Source of the DNA: Cetorhinus maximus
Lineage: Eukaryota
Direction of reading: 5' to 3'
Length of the DNA stretch: 64,000 nucleotides
Assembly: GCF_964194155.1 (NCBI RefSeq)
Contig: NC_135907.1
Span: 15,872,001 to 15,936,000, forward strand
The notes beneath the pieces were generated by a model, which was not told the DNA's origin, made no database searches, and saw only the letters and a program-made list of their open reading frames with translations. The position numbers and the translations under genes are program-made. Of this stretch, positions 1 to 18,805 are shown one piece after another (positions within the stretch are counted from its first letter, which is position 1; each line of letters opens with the position of its first letter).

Positions 1-1448
<1,448 letters not shown>

Positions 1449-2659
1449 AGAGCAGTTAATGTGGCATCTGATTGTAGATTACTTTGCTTGTATGTGATGT
1501 TTCCAACTAGACCTGGACAATTTGGCTTTCTCCAGGAAGAAAGAACTTGTAGCATTGAATTAAATTGCTGTGTCACATGAACTGAAATAAAAATCTTTCA
1601 TTGACCTTGCCTATTGCTCATCATTCAGATCACTGATACCTGCATTAGTTTGACACCTTTAGCACCTCCAAAGCAGCTAGTCAGGAATCATTATTGTAAT
1701 TTGATAGTTAGTTAGTGATTAGACTGTTGTTCCTCCCCTGGACTTTATGTCAGATCATGGAAAGTGGTGAGCAAATGACCAGACTTCCACATGCCAGTAC
1801 CTTTTCTTGTCCCTTGTTATGATGGTTGGTTGGTGGCCTAGAGATTGTCATCCCCCAACCAGAATTCAGATGTGAGGTGCTGCAGACCTAATGTTGGAAA
1901 TTTGATGATATGTGGCAAATGTTGAACAAGAATTTCTGTTCCACATCAACACTAAGTGCTTGTTGTGTTTCAAGGCTACAATTAAAGCAAGTTCTTGACC
2001 TCCTTACCTAGCCTCTACTTTGAATGCCTTCACCTTTTATAGGTTTAGTTCACAAGAATATGTTTACAAGGAGACTTTGGGAAGATTATATCACCACCTC
2101 TTCCTCTTCTGAAAGCCATCCTCCATGCTTGGATTCCAGGCTTGTACAATTTTTAACTTTGTTCCTGTCAGTTGGCTGAGGGGCAGATACAAGTGTTTTC
2201 TTATGTGAAAGTTAACAGTAATTGTGTTTAAAACCAGAAATGGACATGTAAACAATCCTCTGGTGGTCCCAGGTCAAATCTGGGTGTTCCCTATTAGATC
2301 CTTTAAATATTCAAATGAGTTGCCCACTTCCATTCGATGGGAAATAGATATTTATCTCAATTCTCCCTGTGAATTCTCTTCTCCCCCCCACCCACCCCCC
2401 CTCCCCCACCCACTTTAGCAGGAATGCAGTGGTGAGCTGACCTGATGTGGTTCCCTGTTTTTCTCAGCCACTCCTGGGCTGGGGAACAATCCACACAAGA
2501 TTTCATAGCAGCAATGTTCCAGGAACTGATCTCAAAAACCCACACACTCCTTTTAATTAACGCTGACCTGAACTGCTTTGGATTATGCAGTTTACTTTAA
2601 ATGCCATCCACTGTTGGAGAAGAATGGTGGCCTGGAAGTAATACTGTAGTGTCACTGAG

Positions 2660-3802
2660 TAAATACTTTTTGAGCTGACGTCTGAATGAATTAGTGGCAA
2701 AGCCAGCACTTGTTGTCTTTGAGACATTAGTGCGCTAAGCTGCTGCCTTGGGGCACTTTAGTCCATGTAAGTGCCCCAGGATCTTGACCCCCAGCGATGA
2801 CGGAGCGGTGATTTCTGTCCAAATCCAGATCGTGTGTAACTCCGAGGGGAAGTTTGGGGGTGGTGGTTTTCCCATGCACCTGCTTCCTTTGTCCTTCTGG
2901 ACAGTGGAGGTCATGGGTCAGCAGGGGCTATTCAAGAAGCCTTGACAAGTTGCTACAGTGCATCCTATAGATGGTACATGCTGCAGCCTTGGCAAAGTAA
3001 GTGGAATTTTAAGCCACTTGATGTGTTGTTTTGTCCACTCCCAAGTTAGTCCATTTATTTTAAGCTACTTCATGTATTCACTAAAGTACCAGACAAAGGA
3101 GTTAATTCTTATTGTGTAATATTGCACAGCATGTTTTTTTTATATATTTGATGTTGGGATATAAGAACTAGGAGCAGGCAATTCAGCCCCGCCATTCAAT
3201 ACGATCTCATTTCGGCCATGAGTGCAAATGGCTAGGCTACATTTATTGCCCATCCACAATTACACCTGAGAAGGTGGTGATGAGTCACTTTCTTGAACCA
3301 CTGCAGTCCATCTGGTGTGGGAACAACCAGGGTGCTGTTAGAGAGGGAGTTTCAGAATTTTAGCTGAATGGTAATATGGTTCCAAGTCAGGATGGTGAGA
3401 GACTAGGATGGGAAGTTGCAGTTGGTGGTGTTCTTAAGCACCTACTGCCCTTGTCCTTCTAGATAGTAGAGGTTGCGAATTTGAAAGGTGCTGCTGAAGG
3501 AGCCTTGGCGAGATGCTGCAGTGTATCTTGTAGATGGTACACACTGCCGCCACTGTGCGTCAGGGGTGGAGTGAATGTTTCACAAATTGGAAGGGGTGCC
3601 AAACCAATCAGCTTCTTTGTCCTGGATGGTGTCAAGGTTCTTGAGTGTTGTTGAAGCAGGGTCATCGCTGGGGGTCAAAATCCTGGAGCACTTACATGGA
3701 CTAAAGTGCCCCAAGGCGGCAGCTTAGCACACTAATGTCTCAAAGACAACATGTGCTGGCTTTGCCATTAATTCATTCAGATGTCAGCTCAAAAAGTATT
3801 TA
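2660..3802. repeat. 142-bp inverted repeat pair (2660-2801 / 3661-3802)
   Basis: 3661-3802 is the near-identical reverse complement of 2660-2801 and interrupts a LINE fragment. Confidence 0.9.
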
Positions 3803-3950
3803 TGTAGGATCCAGGCAAGTGGAGAGTGTTCCATCACACTCTTGGTTTGTGCCTTGTAGATGGTGGAAAGGTTTTGAGGCGAGAATTCCCAGCCCCTGAC
3901 TTGCTCCTGTAGCCACAGTATTAATATGGGCGGCCAGTAAGGTTTCTGGT
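3220..3950 (-). mobile_element. LINE 3' fragment (CR1/L2-clade-like), interrupted
   Basis: Same family at about 10590-11210, 31370-31970, 42000-42590 and 52655-53210 (shared gaaggtggtggtgagc...cttcttgaac...catccaggcaagtggagag). Boundaries approximate. Confidence 0.65.
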
Positions 3951-4969
3951 GTAATATCCAAATTTGTAAGTGAATTCAACAAGATTGGGCTAAACTGCAA
4001 CTTGGCATTTGAAGCAACTATTGAACAAAAGTAACTTACTTCCACCAATCTATATGTCAAGACTTTGATCATACCCTTTAATTGAGTGGGAATCTTCAAT
4101 TCTCCACTTCCACACAGGCCACCAAGCCATTGTTGAAAGTTGCCTCAGTTTAACGGAATCAATTGTAGGGTGGGTGGACATCACGAAGACATAAATGCCA
4201 GCATGAAGCTGTTGGACCGAGTGGCCAATTTCTGTGCTGTACCTTCAATGTAATTTTATCTAAACAGTAGCAGAAAATATCTCTTCGGAAACATTCTTGA
4301 GAGTGGATGGTTGTCCTTGGAACAATAAAAAAACTAAAGATTGAGATAATACAATGGTGGGCAGACAATACGCAACTGAATCCTGGGGAAACTACACATG
4401 GAGGCCTGAGGCCTACCATGTAGCTGAGGGGCTCAGCACATTGCTACGGCATTAATTCTCAAGCTGGCTTTCCTGTGACCCAGGGAATCCTCTAGAGATT
4501 CCTCAAGAGATTCAGAATGGGTCCACAATGCCATCAATTGTCAATCTATCATCACATCCACATATTGGATGACCACAGCATATTCTTTCTGTTACTATAA
4601 GCTAAGAGGAAAATATTGTTTGCTATTGGTATCTCCATTTGTGTAAATATCAGTGAGCCAGTTAGCTGTGAAGGGAGCATTGCAGCATCTGACTTTTCCC
4701 TTTGTCCAAACCCTGGGGTATCTCTATTTCCCAATGGGCTCCCTACACTATCATTCAAAAATTAGAATAAAAGAGTCCTGCGCAGTAACAAACTAATGCA
4801 ACTCTGCGGGACTGCGTCAATTCTCTTCATACCTTCACTCAAATGACATAATGAGGTTTTAGAGTATATTTTATTAACATTTTCAGATAGAGATACTTTA
4901 AGCTTCATTTTAAGATCAATCAGCAATTCTATCATGGTTGAATTATCAATCACATGAGACTCTCATTTA

Positions 4970-5126
4970 ACGTTCTGATCGATTCCTGGGTCCCACATCC
5001 AATCCTGTGCTGATTGGAATCCAATTAGACATGCCAACTGATTGATTGGTTAACAAGATAGGTTGGCCATTGCTGATTATGTAATATCCTGCTTAATAAT
5101 ATGATGCTGTATTCCTAGAGTATAAA
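4970..5126 (+). promoter_or_regulatory. Ferritin copy 2 promoter (CCAAT boxes, TATA)
   Basis: TGATTGG/CCAAT motifs at about 5010-5050. TATAAA at 5121-5126, ~115 bp upstream of the ATG. Homologous to the promoters of copies 3-5. Confidence 0.7.
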
Positions 5127-5236
5127 TTCAAGTGTTTATGGCCATGAAGTTTAGCTGTAGCTGGTGTTGATCCTAAATTTGTGGTAAGGTTTGAGTTTTG
5201 GTGGGAGTTAGCAAAAAAAAAGCATGCAGTCACAAA

Positions 5237-8272
<3,036 letters not shown>

Positions 8273-9419
8273 CGTGGCATCTAGTATCTGATTGTAGATT
8301 AATTTGCTTGTATGTGATGTGTTTCCAACTAGACCTGGACAATTTGGTTTTCTCCAGGAAGAAACAACTTGTGGCAAAGAATTAAATTGCTGTGTCCCAT
8401 GAACGGAAATAAATCTTTCATTGATCTTGCCTTTATCTGTCATTCAGACCACTGATCCTTTAATCTTACACTTTGCATTCAAAGTAGCTTGTGAAGTCAC
8501 AGAATAATTTAGTCACGAATTAAAATAGTGATTAGGCCGGATCCCCTGCTAGATTTCCCTTCGAATTAGGGGAGGATGGTGGGGAAAAAGTGTTTTTGAG
8601 CTCAGTTCCTGGGATATTGCTGTTGTGAAATCTTACACTGACCATGCTTTACTTCCCAGCACCTTCTCGTTTCTCTTTTATGTGGTGACCCATGAGTTTG
8701 TCATTCCCAACAAGCATTCCGATTTGAGGTGCTAATTTGGTGAGGGGAGGGTGGCAAATCTTGAGCAAGAATTTCTATCCTACGTAGCATTAAGTGCTTT
8801 TTTTTTTTGGCCTTTCAAGACTACAATTGAAGTGTGCCCTTCCACCTGCTACCCAGCTTCACATGTGAATGCCCTCTCCTTATAGGTTTAGCACCCGTAC
8901 AGGAATGTAATTTTAAAGGTGACTTTGGGGAAGGAAGGTTACACCACCCATCTCTTCCTGTCCTGTAAACAAGCCTCAACCCTTGATTCCATGCTCATAC
9001 AGTGAAGTTGTTGCCTATCAGGTGGCTGGGAGGGGAAGGCACGAAAAGGTGTTGATTTTTCATGTGAAAAGTTAATCCAAATCAGGATTTGGAGGCAGAG
9101 TATGTGACATTCGTGTCCCAGGTCACGACCTGCCTGAAATGCACATCTAACCAAATGCATAGCTTCCGGGTGTTCACCTCTCTCAATCCACATCGGAATT
9201 CTCCCCTAGAGGTGGGAATTCATTGTTGGACCATCCTGATGTGCTATTTTCCTGGACACTCATGCCAGCTGCCCCAGGGCAGGGGGGAAAATCGGCAATA
9301 TTCTAGGAACTGAGCTCAAAACCCTTTTTAATTGATGCCGAGCATTGGATTACACCATTTTGTTTCAATGGAGCTCACTGTTGGTGAAGAGAACAAAGCA
9401 AAATGGCCCGGAAATAACT

Positions 9420-10075
9420 GCATGAATCACAAAAGGTTAGTGTGAAACAAGTCATTAGGAAAGCTAATAGAATATTATCATTTATTGAGAGGGGATTCGA
9501 ATGCAAAAGTAGGGAGGTTATGCTTCGGTTGTACAGGGCACTGGTGAGACCACATCTGGAGTATCATGTACAGTATTCTCATTTTATGAAAGATCTAAAT
9601 GTGTTAGAAGCAGCTCAGAAAAGGTTTACTAGATGAATACCTGGAATGGGTGGGTTGTCTAATGAGGAAAGGTTGGACAGGCTAGGCCTGTATCCACTGA
9701 GTTTAGAAGAGTAAGAGGCGACTTGATCGAAACCTTTAAGATCCTGAGGGGTCTTGACAGGTTGGATGTGGAGAGGATTTTTCCCCTTGTGGGAGAATCT
9801 AGAACTAGGGGTCACTGCTTAAAAATAAGGGGTTGCTCATTTAAGACCGATGAGGTGAAATTTTGAGGATTGAGTCTTTGGAACTCTTCCTCAAAAGGCA
9901 GCGAAAGCAGAGTCTTTGAATACTTTTAAGGGAGAGCTGGATAGATTCTTGATAAGGGGGTGAAACGTTATCAGGGGTAGTCAGGAATGTGGGGTTGACG
10001 TTACAATCAGATCAGCTATGATCTTACTTAATGGTGGAGCAGACTCGAGGGGCCTACTCCTGCACCATGTTCATA
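9420..10075 (+). mobile_element. CR1-type LINE 3' fragment
   Basis: Degenerate RT C-terminus (KANRILSFI...[12 protein letters not shown]...) followed by a CR1-like 3' tail. Confidence 0.85.
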
Positions 10076-10589
10076 TATATTAGTGGGTAAGAAATTTATT
10101 CAGGAGATTCAATGGCAAGGTAAGCATTTGTCTTTGCGAAGTTAGTGTTCTAGAGCTGCTGCCTTGAGTGCTGTATGTGGTGAAGGTGCTGCCACAGCGC
10201 TGTTAGAAAGGGAGTTTCAAGGATTTGACCCAGCAATGATGAAAGAGCAGTGATCTCTGTCCAAATCAGGGTGGTGTGTAATTCAGAGAGGAAACTTAGA
10301 GGTGGTGGTGTTCCCATGCACCTGCTTCCTTTGTCCTTCTCAATGGTGGATGTCACGGGTAAGGGAGGGGCTGTCGAAGAAGCCCTGACAAGTTGCTACA
10401 GCGAATCCTAAAAATGATACTCACTGCAGCCTTTGTGAAGTGAATTGAACTTTAAGCCACTTGATATGTTGTTTTGTCCCCCAAGTTAATCCATTTTATT
10501 TTAAGCTACTTCATGCATTCACTAAAGTACCAGACAAATGAATAGATTCTTATTGTGTAATCTTACACAGCATGTGTTTTATATATCTG

Positions 10590-11210
10590 ATGTTGGGATG
10601 TGAGCATCAATGGCTAGGCTACATTTGTTGCCCACCCCCAATTGCACTTCGGAAGGTGGTGGTGAGCCACCTTCTTGAACTACTGCAGTCATCTGGGACG
10701 AGAACAACCAGAGTGCTGTTAGAGAGGGAGTTCCAGGATTTTGACTGCGTGAGATGTAGTTCCAAGTGAGGATGGTGAGAGGCTTGAATGGAAATTTGCA
10801 GGCTGTGCTGTTCTTAAGCATCTACTGCCCTTGTCCTTCTGGATAGTCTAGGTCACATGTTTGGAAGGTGCTGTTGAAGGAGCCTTGACAAGTTGCTACA
10901 GCGTATCTTGTAGGTGTACACACTTCTGCCACTTGCATCAGGGCTGGAGGGAGTGAATGTTCCACATATTGGATGGGGTGCCAATCAAGTGGGCTGCTTC
11001 GGTCCTGGATGGTGTTGAGCTTCTCGTGTGTTGTTAGAACTGCACTCATCCAGGCAACTGGAGAGGATTCCATTGCACCCCTGACTTGTGCCTTGTAGAT
11101 GGTGGACAAGATTTGGGGAGTCAGGAGGTGAGTTACTCTCCGCAGAATTCCCAGCCACTGGCCTCTTGTAGCCACAATATTTATATAGCTAGTCCAGTTC
11201 AGTTTCTGGT
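10590..11210 (-). mobile_element. LINE 3' fragment (paralog of 3220-3950, uninterrupted)
   Basis: ORF remnant ILSTIYKAQVRGAMESS. Same family as the other copies. Confidence 0.7.
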
Positions 11211-11836
11211 GTAATATCCAAATTTGTAAGTGAACCTAATAAGATTGGGTTAAACTGCAACTTGGCATTTGAAGCAACTATTGAACAAAAGTAACTTACT
11301 TCCACCAATCTTTATGTCAAGGGTTTGATCATACCCTTTAATTGAGTGGGAATCTTCAATTTTCCACTTCAACACAGGCTACCAATCTGTTATTGGTGTC
11401 TATTATACTTAGTTTCAGTTTGTTTAACTGAATCAATTGTTGGGTGGGGAGACATTGTGGAGACATAAGTGCCAGCAGGAAAGAATTAGGCTGAGTGACC
11501 AGTTTCTGTGTCGTACATTCAATGTAATTCCATCCAAACAGTAGCAGAAAATATCTCGTCAGAAATGTTCTTGACAATACATGGTTGTCTTTGAATCAAT
11601 TAAAAACTGAATATAGGGATAATACAATGGTAGGCACACAATATGCTTCCAGCAACTAATTCCTGGGGAAATTAGACATGGAGACCTGAGGTCTACCATG
11701 TAGCTGAGGCACTCAGTACACTAGGACATTGATTTTCAAACTGGGCTCCTGCGACCCAGAGAATTCTCAAGGTGACCACAGAAGGTTCAGGATGGTTGCA
11801 CACTGTCATAATTTGTCAATCTATCATCAGATCAGC

Positions 11837-12330
11837 GGAGAGGTGATGGTGTCATGGTATCGTTGCTGGACTAGTAATCCAGAGACCTCGGGTAATGCTC
11901 TGGGGACCTGGGATCGAATCCCACCACGGCAGATGAATTCAATAAAAATCTGGAATTGAAAGTCTAATGATGACCGTGAAACTATAGATAAAAGCAAAAT
12001 ACTGCAGATGCTGGAAATCTAAAACAAAAATAGCTGGGGAAAAACTCAGCAGGTCTGACAGCATCTGCGGAGAGGAACACAGTTAACGTTTCGAGTCCGT
12101 ATGACTCTTCCTCAGAATTGAGTCCGTATGACTCTTCATCAGAAATGATTGTTGTAAAAACCCACCTGGTTCACTAATATCCTTTAGGGAAGGGAAATCT
12201 GCTATCTTTACCTGATCTGGCCTACATGTGACTCCAGACCCACAGCAATGTGGTTGACTCTTAAATCTGAACAAGGGTGATTAGGCAATACATGCTGGCC
12301 AGTGATGCCCACGTCCCATGAATAAAAAAA
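11837..12330 (+). mobile_element. tRNA-derived SINE with nested short element
   Basis: tRNA-like head (ggactagtaatcc...gggatcgaatcccacc), conserved body and A-rich end. Same family at 29103-29470, 44320-44685, ~58200-58500 and 63630-64000. Confidence 0.75.
11988..12142 (-). mobile_element. Short non-autonomous element with minimal hammerhead motif
   Basis: Minus strand 12115-12085 reads CTGAGGA-A-GAGTC-ATACG-GACTC-GAAA-CGTT. A partial tandem copy with CTGATGA lies at 12120-12142. Confidence 0.65.
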
Positions 12331-12509
12331 AAAGGTCAGTATACTGGATATTGTTTCTGTTGCTCTAAACCAGCAGGAAAACATTTTCTGCAAACCATGT
12401 CTCTATTTTCTAATAGTTTTCCAACACTGTCACTCAAAGGTTAGAAAAAAGGGTTCCTCAGAGGAACAAACTAACGTAACTCTGCGGGGCTGAATCAAAC
12501 CTGTCTTAA

Positions 12510-13539
12510 TGTTAATGGTTCTACTACCTTTAACCCCGCCTCCTGGCAGCAAGGTTCTAGCTTTGAATCTCAACTGATAAAAATTTCCAATCATGAAAGG
12601 AACATAATCTGTTAGACCAACTAGAGACTGGGCCCTAAAATAAAAGATCCTCTCTCCCAGGAGTCCCCAACCTAACAAAATCATCTTAGGATAGAACATA
12701 CATTGAGGTATATTATAACAATGAACAACTTTAGAGTTTCCCAATATCAGCTCTTAGGATTCTACCTTAAAGACCTCTAATATTGTTACTTTATATGTCG
12801 GCTCTCAAGAGAATGTAGATGAGACCACAGCTATTCTATACTTAGTTAATCTATTTTTATTATTCAAACCAATTATGGATTGCAGCTTATACATTAGGGT
12901 TAGAGATGGTAACTAAAGATAATCATAACGCGCCAATAATGTTTCAAAATTGATGCAATTTTTAGATCCACTGTAATAAACAGTTTTATTTTGATAAACA
13001 AATATTAATTGAAGACATTTATACTCATAATCTAGCATAATTTTCCTTTAATCTGGAGTGCCTTGGTCTCAAATATAGGGAGGCCCAGCTAGGCCAAGAC
13101 TTACCAATGCCTGTATAGATGGCAGACTGACTGCCTAAGCGAATTGTCAAACATTTTAAAGAGACCTTCAGCAGAGAATAAAAATGACTTCCATTATGCA
13201 TTGTTCTTTGTCTTTTGACAAAAACACTTAGGAAAAAACAAGTTCTTTGACAAAAACAAGGTTATCAATTAAGCTTCTCAATTTAAGAATTTGTGTGGGC
13301 TATGTGCATCAGACATTACTGTCTGAAAATACAGTTGGATTGTCTAGTTAGCTGCCTCCCAAGGACTTCACTTCTGAATACCTGAGTTTTCCATAGGAAC
13401 TGCCTTTCTGGATATGATCCATTTGCTATGGCAGTGTTTTAACTATGGCAATGTTTTTACTTATGTTGATCCGCATTCTTAATTATTTGTCTGTAATTAG
13501 CATCTTAAATTTTCCATTAATGGTGTTAGATTTTTTACA
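12510..13539. mobile_element. Solo LTR (~1030 bp)
   Basis: TG...CA termini with 4-bp TSD TTAA (12506-12509, 13540-13543). The homologous site upstream of copy 2 (~4815-4835) is empty. Confidence 0.75.
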
Positions 13540-13874
13540 TTAATACCTCCAATCAAATGTCAAAATAAGGTTTGAGAGTATATTCTGTTGTCACTTTTTA
13601 GGTAGAGATACTTTCAGAGTTTGCATTTGTGAATACTTAAGAAGTATTTGGATGTGCACTTGCAATGCCATAATATACAAGGCTATGGGCCTAGTGCTGA
13701 AAAATGGGATTGGAATAGTTAGGTACTTGTTTGAGCAGCGCAGACTCGATGGGCCGAAGGGCCTTTTTCTGTGCTGTAGACCTCTATGACTCTATGACTC
13801 TAAGATGGTCAAAGATCAATCAGCAATTCCATCATGGTTGAATTGTCAATCAATGGAGCCCCTCCTTTAACATT

Positions 13875-14026
13875 CTGATTGGCTCCTGTGTCCCAAATCC
13901 TACCCTGCGCTGATTGGAACCCAATTGGACCTGGCAGCTGTTTGATTGGTTAACAAGAATGGCTGCCCATCATTGATGTTGTCACTTCCTGCTTAATAAA
14001 ATGAGGCTGTGGCCCTGGAGTATAAA
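13875..14026 (+). promoter_or_regulatory. Ferritin copy 3 promoter
   Basis: CTGATTGG 13875-13882 and 13910-13917, CCAATTGG 13921-13928, E-box CAGCTG 13935-13940, TTGATTGG 13942-13949, TATAAA 14021-14026. Confidence 0.75.
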
Positions 14027-14133
14027 TCTAAGTCTGATAAGTGAAGTTTTAGGTATTGTTGGTGTTCATCCTAAATTTGTGATAGGGTTTGTGTTTTGGT
14101 GAAAATTAAGGAAAAGAAGCCTGCATTTACAAA

Positions 14134-16709
<2,576 letters not shown>

Positions 16710-18392
16710 CGTGGCATCTAGTATCTGATTGTAGATTACTTTGCTTGTATGTGATGTTTCCAACTAGACCTGGACAATTTGGCTTTCTCCAGGAAGAAAG
16801 AACTTGTAGCAAAGAATTAAATTGCTGTGCCACATGAATTGAAATAAAAATCTTTTGATTGACAATTGCTTTAATTTCTACCTTGGAGCTAATGGTAGCT
16901 TGGAGTACTGCCCGGCTTACCTAGACACAACATTGATAGACCGTGGGTCTTCCACTGGGCTCCCCTTCAGATCGGGAGGGTGGTGAACAATTGTCCGTGT
17001 CTCCTTGATGGGCTCCTCCTGAGCTGACATCATCAACAAGAGTGCTCATAGGCTGGGATGCAGTCCTACAATGGAAATGTGAGGCAGGAATGTGGGGGTG
17101 TGACAAATCTTCATTGGACACCAATGTTCCATGTAGCCTTCAAAGACCAGAGGGAAATCAATTCAATTGAAGCAAGCTTCCCCCCTTCCCACCACCTTTT
17201 CCTCCAGACCGCCTCAGACTCAAATGTATTCTCATTAGCACTGAGTTCTCTATGATCATGCAATTGTCTTTTAAATGAGTAGAGATTTTTTTTGGTGAAA
17301 GGAAGATTAAGATTCCATCTGTTCTGGTTTCCCCCAAAAAAACATCCTAGATGCCATATCATCTACAACTTTTAAGTTGTTTTCTCTCTGGGAATTAGTC
17401 AATCCAAATAGGCCCCCCATAGCCTGGAGTTTAGACAAATGTGTGCAGCAAAGGACATGATGTTATTTCCTGCTGAAGGAACAAAATGTGTCCTTTATTG
17501 TGATTCCAAGATACCCAAAATGAGAATTCAGGAACACATCCAATTCTGTTCACACCACTACTGCTGTCGCTTTCAAATCAAAGTTTGTGGTCAGCCACAC
17601 AATTGGCTAGAAGGCTCAGTGTAGGCCATTTAGCCCCTTGACTTTGTCAAAACTGAGATCGATAGATTTCTATGTATTAAAAACATTGAGCGATATGGGG
17701 GATAATGCAGGAAAATAGTGTTGAAGTAGAAGATGAGCCATGATCTCATTGAATGGCAGAGCAGGCTTGAAGAGCTGAATGGCCTGCTCCTGCTCCTATT
17801 TATGTTCTTGTTCTGCCATTGAATTAATTCATAGCTGATCTGTATCTTAACTTATGCCCATCCTGGTTCCACACGGCTTAATGTCCCTGCCTAACAAGAC
17901 ACTACCCATTTTAACTTTGAAATGTCATTGGTGTCAGCCTCAGTTTTTTTGAGTTGGGTGTTGGAGCGCACAGAGCTCCAGATTTCCACTGTCCTCTATG
18001 TGTAGAACTGTTTTCTGGACATCAACCCTGACTGTTCAAGCTCTAAGGTTCTGCCCCTTGTTCAGGACTCTGGGAAATAGGGTGAAACTATCAAATCCTT
18101 TAATCATCTTAAACACTTCAATATAAGATCACCCCTTAATCTTAATTTGAGGGATTACAATGTATTTGGAAGCAAGAGGAACTGGAGCAAAAGCAGTATG
18201 GAGTAGTGGTGGGAGGGTAGGGTAGTGGTCACAGAACTGACCATCCCCGGTGATCACAATCTCACCGATTACTCGTCTATTGTCAATTTGAAACTTGTTT
18301 GTAATTAGAAATGTGGACCCAGTAAACATGGTGTGCAGTTCTGTTGGGTCTGAAGACCCAGAGACACTAATCCAACCACTCATACTCAACGA

Positions 18393-18635
18393 TGGAAAAG
18401 GTACTCATTCCATTGCTTTAAAAGCCTTGCAGAGCATAATGATACAAATTTTAAATGAGGGTCAGTCTGGGTGTATAGATCCAATAGACACTGGCTCAGG
18501 CAACGTGCATTTTAACCCAGCAATAATGGAGAATTTGTGATATCGAGATGAACTTCATGTTTATAAACAGCTTTTTGGTGCCAAAAATCATGATTTACTT
18601 TTACTGCCAGTTCCAGAATAATCAGATATTGTGCT
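18393..18635 (-). pseudogene. Collapsed ferritin gene remnant in the palindrome spacer
   Basis: Collinear short matches to ferritin exons 1, 3 and 4 on the minus strand, including AGACTGACCCTCAT 14/14 at 18455-18468 and 21/26 at 18473-18498. Confidence 0.7.
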
Positions 18636-18805
18636 TCGTTGAGTGTGAGTGGTTGGATTAGAGTCTCTGGGTCTTTAGACCCAACAGAACTGCACAAAAT
18701 GTTTACTGGGTCCACATTTCTAATTACGAACAAGCTTCAAATTGACAATAGATGAGTAATCGGTGAGATTGTGATCACCGGGGATCGTCGGTTCTGTGAC
18801 CACTA

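Noticed and set aside
13985-14003. TTCCTGCTTAATAAAATG resembles the 5' half of the ferritin IRE (TTCCTGCTTCAACAGTG)
   Set aside because: No CAGTG loop, no complementary 3' stem, and it lies upstream of the TATA box.
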